Shown: positions 17,059 to 26,563 of the stretch, piece by piece
Position numbering within the stretch: position 1 is the stretch's first letter
How the letters are laid out: each line of letters starts with the position of its first letter
The notes under the pieces: generated by a model
The model's database searches: none
Told to the model about the DNA's origin: nothing
What the model saw: the letters and a program-made list of their open reading frames with translations, nothing else
IMG/VR virus record: IMGVR_UViG_3300020180_000014
Span: 27,396 to 91,395 of that record
Length of the DNA: 64,000 nt
DNA from: a virus
Reading direction: 5' to 3' (one strand)
Made by a program: the position numbers and the translations under genes

Positions 17059-17571
17059 ATGGACGAGCCCACCGTCAGCATCAAGTACTCCGACTACAAC
17101 AAGCTCCGTGAAGATCTGCGAACCGTGCAGAACCAGAACTACGAGCTGGAAAAGAAGCTCGCAGCGGCGGCACTCGGTGACGACACCGTCGCGAAGCTGC
17201 TCCACAGCGCGTTCCACTCCGCGATCAAGGTCGTGCAGTTCGCCGTCGGCAACCTGGAACCCTCGACGGTGGCAGGCTGGCCGCACGCCGCACTCGTCGA
17301 GATCGCTGACGCGATCGAGAAGATCCCGGGCATCGATCAGCACGTCGCGGAGATGCCGCCCGAGCTGAAGCACTTCGCGGCGCTCGCGGCGAGCCTCGAA
17401 GAGATGCGCAAGGAGCGCGACAAGAACAAGGTCGTCACGATGGCGACGGCGGCTGACTTCGGTCCGAAGACACCCGAGGCACAGGCAGTTCACGACGCGT
17501 ACGATGCGAAGCGCAACGCACAGAACGAAGAGTCGAAGCTGTCCGACGCCGAGTCAACCACGTTGACGTAG
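17059..17571 (+). CDS. hypothetical coiled-coil protein
   Basis: MDEPTVSIKY..., strong codon bias. Confidence 0.7.
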   Translation: MDEPTVSIKYSDYNKLREDLRTVQNQNYELEKKLAAAALGDDTVAKLLHSAFHSAIKVVQFAVGNLEPSTVAGWPHAALVEIADAIEKIPGIDQHVAEMPPELKHFAALAASLEEMRKERDKNKVVTMATAADFGPKTPEAQAVHDAYDAKRNAQNEESKLSDAESTTLT

Positions 17572-17580
17572 ACGTAGGCG

Positions 17581-17705
17581 TTGACAGCGAAAACGCAGTT
17601 CGGTACACGTAGAGGGTCGGCGGGCGTTGTAGCTCCAGCGTCCGTAGCTCTCTGCTCGACAAAGTCCCCATCAGGAAGACGGTCCCCTAGCCGCCCTGAT
17701 GGGGC
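17581..17705 (+). ncRNA. candidate small structured RNA behind a TTGACA-17-TACACG promoter
   Basis: hairpins CGGGCGTTG/CAGCGTCCG and CCCCATCAGG/CCTGATGGGG; no downstream + strand gene. Confidence 0.4.
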
Positions 17706-17717
17706 CACACAGCTTTC

Positions 17718-18059
17718 CTAGAGCTTCTGGGTGATGCCGGTCGCGAGCAACGTGAGCTTGCACAACGGACACACCGAGCCCCAGCTCGACATGATGCCGA
17801 GGTCGGACAGCGCCGTGCGTGGTGCAGCATCGTAGCGAACGCCGTTGGTGGGATGGTCAATGAACTGTCGCGCACACCGAACGCAGACATCGAGCGCGTA
17901 CTGCACGCTGAGCTGGTGCGCGAGCAGATAATTGCCGATGATGCCTGCAGCTGCGATCGCGTCGACGACGTCACCGAGCACGACACCGTCGGGGAACATG
18001 TGATCCCGGCGGTGACCGTGCACGCGCTGATCAGCAAATGCGACACTCATCGCGCTCAC
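17718..18059 (-). CDS. hypothetical zinc-finger-like protein
   Basis: CVRC and CPLC motifs. Confidence 0.5.
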   Translation of the reverse strand: MSAMSVAFADQRVHGHRRDHMFPDGVVLGDVVDAIAAAGIIGNYLLAHQLSVQYALDVCVRCARQFIDHPTNGVRYDAAPRTALSDLGIMSSWGSVCPLCKLTLLATGITQKL

Positions 18060-18700
18060 GAGAGCGTCCCGTCATCGTCGGGGTCCGGATCCAGGCGCAT
18101 CGGCGTAGGTGTTGACTCGCGCCGGTAGAGCGTTTTCGACGGCCGATCGATCAGCGGCGTCGATGCGTCGATCGATGGGCCTTCGGGACGCACGCTCAGC
18201 GGTGCGTCGAGCACCGTCGCGGCGGGCTGTTGCTGCTGCCACTGCTTCCACTCGATGTCGTTGAGCTGGCGCCCGCTCGCGAACTGTTCGATGAACGGCG
18301 CGTTGGTCTGCGCAGCGGTGTCGCCCGGACCGGGAAAGTTCACGGCTGCGTTCGGATCGCCGGTCTGCGCGATCAGGTACGCATCGTACGCGCGTGCAGC
18401 GGCCTCGGCGGTGTCGTAGACGCCCAAGCGCTGACGTCGGCCACCGACGTACGCGACAGCTTCCCAGCGCTTGCCGTACGCGTAGACGCCCTTGTAACCG
18501 CTGCGCGAGGCGCGCGGACCCTGCGTGACCGTGGGTCCGGCGGCGACGGTCTGTGGCCCGCGTTTACTTGCGATCAGGTACTGCCGTAGATACTCAGCTA
18601 CGCCCGTATATAGATGGCTTGCATCGTCGCCGTACTCGGCGAGAATGTCATCTGGTAGTGAAATCACTACCTTGGACTCTTTCCACGGACGCTTCGCCAC
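18056..18700 (-). CDS. AP2-domain DNA-binding protein
   Basis: SGYKGVYAYGKRWEA...LGVYDTAEAAARAYD...NFP AP2 signature; start uncertain (up to 18787). Confidence 0.8.
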   Translation of the reverse strand: MAKRPWKESKVVISLPDDILAEYGDDASHLYTGVAEYLRQYLIASKRGPQTVAAGPTVTQGPRASRSGYKGVYAYGKRWEAVAYVGGRRQRLGVYDTAEAAARAYDAYLIAQTGDPNAAVNFPGPGDTAAQTNAPFIEQFASGRQLNDIEWKQWQQQQPAATVLDAPLSVRPEGPSIDASTPLIDRPSKTLYRRESTPTPMRLDPDPDDDGTLS

Positions 18701-18789
18701 ATCTACGTCGTAGCGTGATCCGTTCGATCTCGTCAATGATCGAGCGCGATCGTGCGTAATTGGTTTGCGATCCCACCCCGTTTGCACGG

Positions 18790-19095
18790 TTTTAGAAAGG
18801 GGTCTAGGTGCCGATCCCGGGTCATTCGAATTGGTATAGCCACTGAACCACGAATGATCTTCCGAAGATAACGTAGGGGGATTCTCCTCCTAGTTCCAAG
18901 AGAGTCTTTGTAAATTTGCTATAGATATAGATAGCAAATCTACGGGCACTAAGCAGGAACTGGGCAGGAGGAACCAACTGATTTAGTAGTGTCAACTACT
19001 AAATGTATCAGTAACTCTGCGTAGTCTCGTCGCACTCCAGAACGTAGGCTTGCCTACATTCGAGCGGCTTGACGAGAAATCAACTATTTACGTCG
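18790..19095. other. AT-rich non-coding region with nested inverted repeats (candidate origin or control region)
   Basis: marked drop in GC; TTTGCTA/TAGCAAA and ATTTAGTAGT-GTCA-ACTACTAAAT hairpins. Confidence 0.5.
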
Positions 19096-19098
19096 CGT

Positions 19099-19833
19099 CT
19101 ACGCGTAGCCGTCGCGTGCGAGGGCGTTCGCGAACTCATTCGCGCCCGCGATCAGGGCCGCTTCGAACGCCGCCAGGAGGTCATCGTCGATTCCCTTCAC
19201 CGGCATGCGCCCAGCGGCCACCACGAAGCGCCAGACGCGTTCCACGCCCCCCGCCTGCTCGCGCGTCACAGCGGCCTCGTCGACCTCGGCCAGTGTACCC
19301 AGCACCGCATCGTGGGCGTAACTGCCGCTGTACCGGCCCGTGCCAGCGTCGATCTCCTTCTCGGTGCCGCCAGCGAACTTCTCCGCGAGGTTCGCGGCGT
19401 ACCAGGCAGCGCGTGCGGCGCGCATGGACCGTGAAACCGCCTCACCCTGGTAGCGCTCGGCGTCGTAGTAGCTGTCGCCACTCCCGTCGCAGCGCTCCTT
19501 CCACGCACGCCCCCACCAGTCTTGACGCTGCAGGAACACGCCGTCGTCGACGATCCGCGTGAGCTTCTGCTTCGCCTCCTTCGCCTTCCAGTACGCGTCG
19601 GAGATCACCGCGCCGAGTTCAAGGCCCTCGGGTCCGAACCGCGCGATACGCGGGATACCGGCGAGCCCAGCTGCTGCTTCGGTCGCGAGCGCGATCGCCG
19701 CGTCTTGACCTTCGGGCGGCGTGCGCCGTGGACGCTTCTCGTTCAAGAAGTTCGCGAGACCTGCGATCGTACCGATTGCCGGTCGCGGATCGTCCCAGAC
19801 GTCACCCGTCAGCGGCGAACGATACTTCGACAT
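19099..19833 (-). CDS. hypothetical protein
   Basis: 244-aa ORF with GGAG RBS. Confidence 0.65.
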   Translation of the reverse strand: MSKYRSPLTGDVWDDPRPAIGTIAGLANFLNEKRPRRTPPEGQDAAIALATEAAAGLAGIPRIARFGPEGLELGAVISDAYWKAKEAKQKLTRIVDDGVFLQRQDWWGRAWKERCDGSGDSYYDAERYQGEAVSRSMRAARAAWYAANLAEKFAGGTEKEIDAGTGRYSGSYAHDAVLGTLAEVDEAAVTREQAGGVERVWRFVVAAGRMPVKGIDDDLLAAFEAALIAGANEFANALARDGYA

Positions 19834-19886
19834 GTCCGTATCATGCGCTCCGCGCATGGCCCTGTCGAGCCTCCGTAGGCGAACCT

Positions 19887-19913
19887 GATCGCTCGCGCGA
19901 TCGATGATAGATT
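19887..19913 (+). promoter_or_regulatory. GATCGC-N4-GCGATC palindrome plus TAGATT
   Basis: recurrent motif directly before 19920 gene. Confidence 0.65.
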
Positions 19914-19919
19914 CTCAGG

Positions 19920-21566
19920 ATGCTGATCGCGAACTTCGGCGCCATCAACCCGGCGATGATGGCGACCGTCAACACGGCGATGTTCAGGCCAGGTGGTGCG
20001 CAGCCGCTGGTCTCGACCGGTGCAGCACCGGGCTACAGCATCAAGCAGCACACGCTCTACCAAGTCTGGCGCGAGCAGCTGCCGCCCGACTTCGGTTGGT
20101 TCAGCGAGATGGGTGTCACTCCGGTCACGATGACTGGCGGCACGACCGATCAAGCTGTCATCTCTGCACGCGCCGACGCGTGGCGCGACAAAGTCCGCGC
20201 TGCCGCCGCGTCGCTGCCTGAGTGTCCTCCAGGCTCCGTCACCGATGGCGGTTCGAGCTGCTACTACGGCCGCGCGGGCATGGGCGCATATCAAGAGATG
20301 GCTGACGGCGCGATTCAGCTGATGGCGCCGGGCACGTTCCACGTCTACGGCGTGACGTTCACGGTCAACGATCTGCAGAACGGTCGGTTCACGAAGGCGT
20401 TCAAGCCGGACGCGACGCAGCGCAAGCGCATCGAGTGGGCTGTCATCAAGCGTTCGATCGGACGGTTCTTCGGCGATCGCGCAGGTCGCTACAGCGGCGC
20501 ACCGCCGGTCATCGGCGACGGCATGATCAAAGATGCGATCATGAAAGAGGTCCAGGCGGGCCGAAAGAAGTCCGGTTGGGATCCGTCTGTCGACGAGATC
20601 CTCGCGATCGTCCCGGACATGGCGCTCTACTGGGTCAACTTCGATCGCAATCCGATCCAGCCGACGCCGACCGAGCGCACGCAGCCTGGCGGCTGGGTCT
20701 CGTGGATCCGCAAGGGCGGCTATCCGCTCTCGCGCGCGATTCTCCAGAGCAAGGTCTCGGTCAGCGACGGCGCACTCGGCATCGAGTTCTGCTCGTCGAT
20801 CCTCTGTCGTTGTCCGACGTCGATGGGCAAGGAGCCCGGCACCGGCCGCGCGATGAAGATCGGCGGTTTCCCGTCGTGTGTGCCGATGGGCTTCACGAAG
20901 AACGGCGTCGGGCAAGAAGAAGGATCCGGATCGTTCTTCCCGTTCGTATCTGTCCATCAGGGCATCAATGATCCCGTCTTCGAGGTGACCCTCATCCACG
21001 ACGACCCGTCGTGGATCGAGAAGATCGGGATGGCGGGCCGCGACTGGATGATGAAGATCGTCGACACGGCGTGCTCGAACGAGAGCATCAACACGAACGC
21101 ACAAGCGAAGATCATGTGCGCCGCATGGGGCGTCGGAAAGGTTCTGCAGGCGAAAGAGAACCTGCCGAGCGCGAACCTGATGCCAGCGCCCGAAGCGCCG
21201 ATCGTCCCACCGACGATGGATCAGTCACTTCCTGCGTCGCCGAACACACAAACGCGCCGCTACGCGGGTTGTGTCGCGCGCTTCAATACGTCGCGCAAGA
21301 GGTTCGTGATCTACTGCCCGACGGTATTCGCTGGCTGGGGAGGCAATTTCGGCTCGGCCGATGCCGTCACGCCGCCACCGCCGATCGGCTTCATGCGTAC
21401 GACGGAACTCGACGTTCTGCCGAATGAAGGCGAACAGGTCGTCGGCCAGGAGCGCGACAACTTTTTCCGGCTCGACAACCCATGGATGTGGGCCGCGATC
21501 GCCGGAGCAACAGCTGTTGCGGGGGGCGGCGGGTACGCGTTGTACCGTCGCAAGCGCGCTGCGTAG
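19920..21566 (+). CDS. putative virion protein with C-terminal membrane anchor
   Basis: 548 aa, Cys pairs, C-terminal WMWAAIAGATAVAGGGGYALY-RRKRAA. Confidence 0.7.
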   Translation: MLIANFGAINPAMMATVNTAMFRPGGAQPLVSTGAAPGYSIKQHTLYQVWREQLPPDFGWFSEMGVTPVTMTGGTTDQAVISARADAWRDKVRAAAASLPECPPGSVTDGGSSCYYGRAGMGAYQEMADGAIQLMAPGTFHVYGVTFTVNDLQNGRFTKAFKPDATQRKRIEWAVIKRSIGRFFGDRAGRYSGAPPVIGDGMIKDAIMKEVQAGRKKSGWDPSVDEILAIVPDMALYWVNFDRNPIQPTPTERTQPGGWVSWIRKGGYPLSRAILQSKVSVSDGALGIEFCSSILCRCPTSMGKEPGTGRAMKIGGFPSCVPMGFTKNGVGQEEGSGSFFPFVSVHQGINDPVFEVTLIHDDPSWIEKIGMAGRDWMMKIVDTACSNESINTNAQAKIMCAAWGVGKVLQAKENLPSANLMPAPEAPIVPPTMDQSLPASPNTQTRRYAGCVARFNTSRKRFVIYCPTVFAGWGGNFGSADAVTPPPPIGFMRTTELDVLPNEGEQVVGQERDNFFRLDNPWMWAAIAGATAVAGGGGYALYRRKRAA

Positions 21567-21878
21567 CTACTGCACGTCGCGCTTGAACAAGCCCTGCGTG
21601 TACATCTTCACGTCGCTGAAGCTCACGTTGCGCTCGGCGAGCTGGTGAAAGCACGTGATGCAGACGCGCCGAATGATATTGTCGCGATCGTAGTGTGCCG
21701 TCGTCGCGCTCTTGATCGCACAGCACAGGCAGAGCCCGGTCAGCCCGTGGCGGTCGGCGATCTCTTCGGCGATACCGAACTCGTCCGCGATCGCAGCCGC
21801 CTGAATCGCCGCGACGATGTCATCTACCAGAATGCCGTCACGGATCGCACGACCGTTCGCGTCGTAGAGCAGCGCCAC
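21567..21878 (-). CDS. hypothetical zinc-finger-like protein
   Basis: CLCC...CITC. Confidence 0.5.
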   Translation of the reverse strand: MALLYDANGRAIRDGILVDDIVAAIQAAAIADEFGIAEEIADRHGLTGLCLCCAIKSATTAHYDRDNIIRRVCITCFHQLAERNVSFSDVKMYTQGLFKRDVQ

Positions 21879-21890
21879 ACCCGAACAGTA

Positions 21891-22313
21891 CTACGTCTCG
21901 GGCTTAGGAATCGGCACCTCGACGGGTGTCTTCTCGTCGTCGGTTTCCGGCGTCCGAATCACGTCGCGCGTCGTCGTCCGGCCGACTGGTAGTTCATCGA
22001 GTGGAATCCGAACGAGCGGTGCTGACCAGTCTTCGTTCGTGTTGAGCGGCACACGTACGGGCGTCACGTCGTCGTCGTTGATGAACGGCGGAATGATCAG
22101 GTGCAGTTTGCGCTCCGGGTGTTCCGCAACATCGACGAGGATCAACAGGTCACGTCCAGCCTTCGGACGTAGACCCGGCAGCTCGCCGATCTGGCGCAAC
22201 TGGACAATCTCGGCCCAAATGTCGATGAGCGTCTCGCGATTGATCGTCGTGCTCGCGTATGCCAGAAACCGCCCTGTCGGACGAAAGTACGCGAGATGCA
22301 CCAGGTACGACAT
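21891..22313 (-). CDS. hypothetical protein
   Basis: 140-aa ORF. Confidence 0.6.
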   Translation of the reverse strand: MSYLVHLAYFRPTGRFLAYASTTINRETLIDIWAEIVQLRQIGELPGLRPKAGRDLLILVDVAEHPERKLHLIIPPFINDDDVTPVRVPLNTNEDWSAPLVRIPLDELPVGRTTTRDVIRTPETDDEKTPVEVPIPKPET

Positions 22314-22345
22314 TCGCTCAACCGTAGCGAGCGGATGCCCGCCGG

Positions 22346-22882
22346 TCAGCTCTTCTTCTTGCGCTTCTTCTTCGACTTCGCGGCCGGACCATCTGGCATT
22401 GTCGTCGCTGCTGACGCAGCCTCGGCACCTTCAGGGATCGGTGTCGCCTCGACTTCATCGAACGAGATTTCGACCTCATCATCGTCATCGATTGCCTTCG
22501 CGTAGCCGACCACGACGGCTGGCCCCAAAGCCGCGCTGAGGATCGGCTCGGACACGGGCTCGGACTGCGTGGCCGGTGGGATCGTGACCGTCGCGAACGA
22601 CGTGGGCACAGGTGCTGGCGGTGGCGACGGCAACGGCAACGGCGACGGAACTGGTCGCGGAATCGGCCGTGGCGGTGCCATGGCCTCGACCGCAGCGGTC
22701 AGGTCGTCGACGGTCATCTTGCAGTAGCGCGCGACCTCTTCGAGCACTGCACCGTCGATCGTCGCGCTCACGCCGTCGTGCGACAGCTGCCACATCTTCA
22801 AGATCTTCCCGAGCGTCACGGGCGCGCCCGCAAACCTCAGGTTGCGGCTCTGGACGTACGCGGCTAGCGCGGCTGTCTGCAT
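22346..22882 (-). CDS. hypothetical Pro-rich protein with Lys-rich tail
   Basis: MQTAALAAY...KSKKKRKKKS. Confidence 0.6.
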   Translation of the reverse strand: MQTAALAAYVQSRNLRFAGAPVTLGKILKMWQLSHDGVSATIDGAVLEEVARYCKMTVDDLTAAVEAMAPPRPIPRPVPSPLPLPSPPPAPVPTSFATVTIPPATQSEPVSEPILSAALGPAVVVGYAKAIDDDDEVEISFDEVEATPIPEGAEAASAATTMPDGPAAKSKKKRKKKS

Positions 22883-22906
22883 GCCGCAACCGTAACACGA
22901 TCCCTG

Positions 22907-22922
22907 GATCGCTCGCGCGATC
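22907..22922. promoter_or_regulatory. GATCGC-N4-GCGATC palindrome between divergent genes
   Basis: GATCGCTCGCGCGATC. Confidence 0.6.
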
Positions 22923-22940
22923 GATGGTTTACTAGGCTCC

Positions 22941-23915
22941 ATGTTCATCGCGACGTCGTCCGGCGCGTTCGGTCGTGCCCAGTTCGGCCAGGTCACGGCT
23001 ACGTCTGCTGAAGAGGCGCAAGTTCCACGTCTCACCAACGCAGTGAGTACACTCACGCAAGCCGAGACCCAGCTCCGCACGACGTTCGCGAAGCTGATCC
23101 CCGATCTGACGACGCTGCAGGTCGCGGGCAAGGATATTCCCGCGCCGCTGCTCGACCTGCTGCAGCGCTACAACGCGGCCGTCGGCAGCCTCATGGAGGC
23201 ATCGCAGATCTGGCTACAGGCACGCGCGCAGACGCCTGCCAGTGACCTGCCCGATCCGAACTCGCAGGCGATCGCCGTCCCGACATTCGATCTGCCAGCA
23301 CCGAGCGGGTTCGGATGGTTCGGCGGCGTCGCAGCCAGCGCGGTCAAGGTCCGGCACGGCATCGTCGGCAAGGAGATCACGACGTCGCTCTCAGGCTACA
23401 TGAACAGCCCATTCGCCGGTTACTTCACGGGCGGTCAGCTCGGGCTCGGTCCACTCGGCATCGTGGTCGCCATCCTGCTCGGACTCGCGATCGTTGGCGC
23501 GACGATCATCCTGACCGCGAAGCTCACACAGACCAGTGACACAGCTGCCGCGAATCAAGCGATCACCGAGCAGGCACGCACGCGTGTCGAAGAGGTCAAG
23601 AGCGATCGCGATCTGTTCGTGTCGACGCGCGACTCGTGCATGGGCAACTCGACGGATCAGACCGTGCGTCTGCAGTGCATCGCTGCTGCCAAGGACGTGC
23701 TCAAGGCCGCGAAGGAGGGTCGACCGCAAATCCAACGGCCGATCTCGCCGATCGTGATCAGTACGGTTGCGGTGCTCAGTGTACTCGCTGTCGCGGGTGG
23801 CGTCGGCTATGTGATTTACCGCAAGCACCGGAACGGTTCGTTGCTGCCACCGGCACATGCCCGTTCACGTGCACGTAGCGGCTACGACGTGGACGTTGAC
23901 GACACGGAGTCCTGA
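22941..23915 (+). CDS. putative virion membrane protein (two TM segments)
   Basis: IVVAILLGLAIVGATIIL and VISTVAVLSVLAVAGGVGYVIY-RKHR; several FG/LG motifs. Confidence 0.7.
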   Translation: MFIATSSGAFGRAQFGQVTATSAEEAQVPRLTNAVSTLTQAETQLRTTFAKLIPDLTTLQVAGKDIPAPLLDLLQRYNAAVGSLMEASQIWLQARAQTPASDLPDPNSQAIAVPTFDLPAPSGFGWFGGVAASAVKVRHGIVGKEITTSLSGYMNSPFAGYFTGGQLGLGPLGIVVAILLGLAIVGATIILTAKLTQTSDTAAANQAITEQARTRVEEVKSDRDLFVSTRDSCMGNSTDQTVRLQCIAAAKDVLKAAKEGRPQIQRPISPIVISTVAVLSVLAVAGGVGYVIYRKHRNGSLLPPAHARSRARSGYDVDVDDTES

Positions 23916-24727
23916 TGCTCGTCGTCTCTGGTGCCAACGCGCTGGGCGGTTTCGGCGCAGCGATGCCCGAGCTGACGACGCTCAAGAAGCGCGTCGATCA
24001 GTGCGTCAAGTCGTTCCCGATCGTGAGCGCGACTGACAGCGGCGCGAGTCAGGCGCTCACGTGCGCGATGTTCGTCGGTGGCCAGAACGGTGAAGAAGGT
24101 ATTCGCGCCTTCGAGAAGGTCACGCTGCTCGAAGCCGTCGACAACGCGCTGCTGTTCAACATCGCACAGACCCTCATCACGAACTGGCGCAACACCGATC
24201 TCGGTCCGGCGGTCAGCTCGACCGAAGTCAACGTTCGGCGTATCGCAGCGCAGAAGCTCGGTGAAGCGAGTGTCTTCGACGTTGTGTCACCGACACTCGC
24301 GGTGCAGGCATTGTCGTCTGCTGGCCGTGTCGAATCGAACGACAAGGTCAAGCTCGCCATCGTGCAGAGCCTGCACGTGCTGCTCAAGAACCGCGACATT
24401 CCACCGAGCGTCCGCACCGAAGCGATCACGACGCTCAAGATCTTTGCCGATCCGTTCACCCAAAACGACGTCTTCGTGCTCAACGCCGCGAACGGTGCCT
24501 TGAAAGATCTCGCCCCGAAGATCAACATCGGCCCAGTCACGACCACGCCGGTTCCGTCTGCAGTCTCGAAGTACAAGATCCCGCTGATCGCCGCCGGGAT
24601 CACGGCTGCTGTGGCGACGACTGGGCTCGTGCTGTTCTTTCGACACCAGCACGCGACCGGGCTCAGCGCTGCAGGGCCTTTGCGGCGCCGAGCAGAAGCA
24701 GCACTGCGACGACGAAGAGCCCGATGA
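23915..24727 (+). CDS. putative virion protein with C-terminal TM and Arg-rich tail
   Basis: IPLIAAGITAAVATTGLVLFF then RRRAEAALRRRRAR. Confidence 0.7.
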   Translation: MLVVSGANALGGFGAAMPELTTLKKRVDQCVKSFPIVSATDSGASQALTCAMFVGGQNGEEGIRAFEKVTLLEAVDNALLFNIAQTLITNWRNTDLGPAVSSTEVNVRRIAAQKLGEASVFDVVSPTLAVQALSSAGRVESNDKVKLAIVQSLHVLLKNRDIPPSVRTEAITTLKIFADPFTQNDVFVLNAANGALKDLAPKINIGPVTTTPVPSAVSKYKIPLIAAGITAAVATTGLVLFFRHQHATGLSAAGPLRRRAEAALRRRRAR

Positions 24728-24949
24728 TCACTGGCACAGTCGCGCGCGTTTCCGCAACCAGCGGACCTGCGCCGCTGCCGTACCGCGCGCAGCTTGCTTG
24801 TCAGACTCGAACGCGCCGCCGTCTTTGCCGCCCTGAACCTTGCCGCCGATGACGGTCTTGACGACGTACTCGCCCCACTCGTAGTTGCGGTAGATGCGCA
24901 CGGCGCAGCTCGCACCGACGCGTGTTTCGTGGATCTTCTTGAGCGCCAT
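24728..24949 (-). CDS. small basic protein
   Basis: 73 aa; degenerate palindrome motif upstream at 24967. Confidence 0.6.
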   Translation of the reverse strand: MALKKIHETRVGASCAVRIYRNYEWGEYVVKTVIGGKVQGGKDGGAFESDKQAARGTAAAQVRWLRKRARLCQ

Positions 24950-24997
24950 GAGGTCGAAACTACCACGATCCCTTGCGCGATCGGGTCAGGTTCGGGA

Positions 24998-25345
24998 CTA
25001 GCGACGGCGCCGTTTCGTGCGTCGCGCCGTCAGATCTTTGCCTGGATACGGATCATCGGTCCACGGCGAGAGCTTGACGCTCGTGCAGCTGACGCGATTG
25101 CCCTTGTCGGTGAGTCGCAGCGTCTTGCCGTAGCGCTGACCGCCGACTTCCAGTTTGCCCTCGCGGACCAGCGCACGCTCAGCCGCGTTGATCTGCTTGG
25201 GCGTGAAGCCCTGTTTCCGTACGACATGACGCACACCGCTCGAAAGTGTGGGCGTCGCGTTGTTACGCTCGCGCCAGCCTGTCGACCAGAAGCGCGTAGC
25301 GCACAGAAGGGTCGTCTTTGCGCTGGCCTTGCGACGGGGTGGCAT
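24998..25345 (-). CDS. small basic protein (possible winged-helix)
   Basis: MPPRRKAS...RRTKRRRR; palindrome plus TAAACT upstream. Confidence 0.6.
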   Translation of the reverse strand: MPPRRKASAKTTLLCATRFWSTGWRERNNATPTLSSGVRHVVRKQGFTPKQINAAERALVREGKLEVGGQRYGKTLRLTDKGNRVSCTSVKLSPWTDDPYPGKDLTARRTKRRRR

Positions 25346-25351
25346 AGGCCA

Positions 25352-25386
25352 AGTTTACCAGATCGCGCGAGCGATCGTGTTAGCTT
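25352..25386. promoter_or_regulatory. bidirectional element: palindrome flanked by -10-like hexamers on both strands
   Basis: AGTTTA-CCA-GATCGCGCGAGCGATC-GTGT-TAGCTT between divergent genes. Confidence 0.65.
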
Positions 25387-25392
25387 GAGGTC

Positions 25393-25779
25393 ATGAAGCT
25401 CATCGTCGCACTCGCGCTCGTCTTCGGTCTCAGCGTCACGCAGCCCAGTTGCCCCGGACCGGGTCCGGGACCTGTCGTCATCGGCGCCGTCGTCGACTGC
25501 ACCGTCCAGAACCGTGACCAGATCACGTCGCTGATTGCCGAGTTTCAGACGCTGCTCCACGGGCAGATGCCGGACTGGGCTGCGATCTACCAGCGCGCGA
25601 AGAACGCGGGCAAGGCGATCGGCGGTTGCGCGCTCGCCGAGATCGTCCAGAGCTACCTCGGCAACCGCACGGCACCGCCGCCCCAGGCCGACAGCTGGAA
25701 CGCGTACAACGCTCTGGAGAGGTTCAGGCGCGAGGAAGCGGGCAACGCGACGTTCAAGACCTCGGCAGGCGACATCTAG
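25393..25779 (+). CDS. exported or lipoprotein-like protein
   Basis: signal peptide MKLIVALALVFGLSVTQPSC. Confidence 0.65.
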   Translation: MKLIVALALVFGLSVTQPSCPGPGPGPVVIGAVVDCTVQNRDQITSLIAEFQTLLHGQMPDWAAIYQRAKNAGKAIGGCALAEIVQSYLGNRTAPPPQADSWNAYNALERFRREEAGNATFKTSAGDI

Positions 25780-25781
25780 TC

Positions 25782-26561
25782 ATGCAAATCGGCAAGCTCG
25801 GACGCTCGCAGCTCTCGCCGCGTGAGTTGCGCACGCCGTGGTTCGCGCGCTACGCCGCGACCGAATCGACGCCGGGCTACACGGCGCCGCCGCCGATCGA
25901 CGACTGGACCGGCCCGACGTCCGACTACACGTTCCTCGGCAATGATCGCGTCGGCAACTGCACGCGGGCATCCTACGGTCACGTCGTGCAGCAGCGTTGT
26001 GCACTGCTCGGCGTGAAGTGCGAGCTGCAAGCCGACGACGTCAACAAGTCGTACAAGGACGGCACGGGCTGGGATGGTGTCCCCGGGTCGTCGAGCGATC
26101 GCGGCGACATGATCGTCAACGCGCTCACGCAGCTGCGCAAGGTCGGGTTCCGCGACGGTCAGTACAAGCTCCGTGGCTTTGGCCGCGTCAATCACAACGA
26201 CACACTGGAGATGCGCGCGGCACTGCGCTTGTTCGGCTCGGTGATCGTCGGCGCGAGCTTGCCAGCGTCGATCAGTCGACAAAACACGATCTGGGATGTC
26301 AGTCCCGTCGGACAGCGCAAGCCTGATGAAGCGCCGGGCTCGGCCGGTGGCCATGCGTTCATCCTAACGAAGCATCAGCGCGGGCGCTGGGCAGGTATGC
26401 CGTGGATCCACAAGACGGATATCACGTACGCGTGGGATGACCTCTACATCGAGGAGGCCTGGTTCGTCGTCGATGACCTGTGGATTACGCACATGCGCAA
26501 CGCTCCGAACGGGTTCGACCTCGAACGGTTCGAGCACGATGTCGCGCTGATCGCTGCCTGA
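25782..26561 (+). CDS. papain-like (C1-type) cysteine peptidase
   Basis: LGNDRVGNCT catalytic Cys region and GGHAFIL catalytic His. Confidence 0.7.
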   Translation: MQIGKLGRSQLSPRELRTPWFARYAATESTPGYTAPPPIDDWTGPTSDYTFLGNDRVGNCTRASYGHVVQQRCALLGVKCELQADDVNKSYKDGTGWDGVPGSSSDRGDMIVNALTQLRKVGFRDGQYKLRGFGRVNHNDTLEMRAALRLFGSVIVGASLPASISRQNTIWDVSPVGQRKPDEAPGSAGGHAFILTKHQRGRWAGMPWIHKTDITYAWDDLYIEEAWFVVDDLWITHMRNAPNGFDLERFEHDVALIAA

Positions 26562-26563
26562 AC

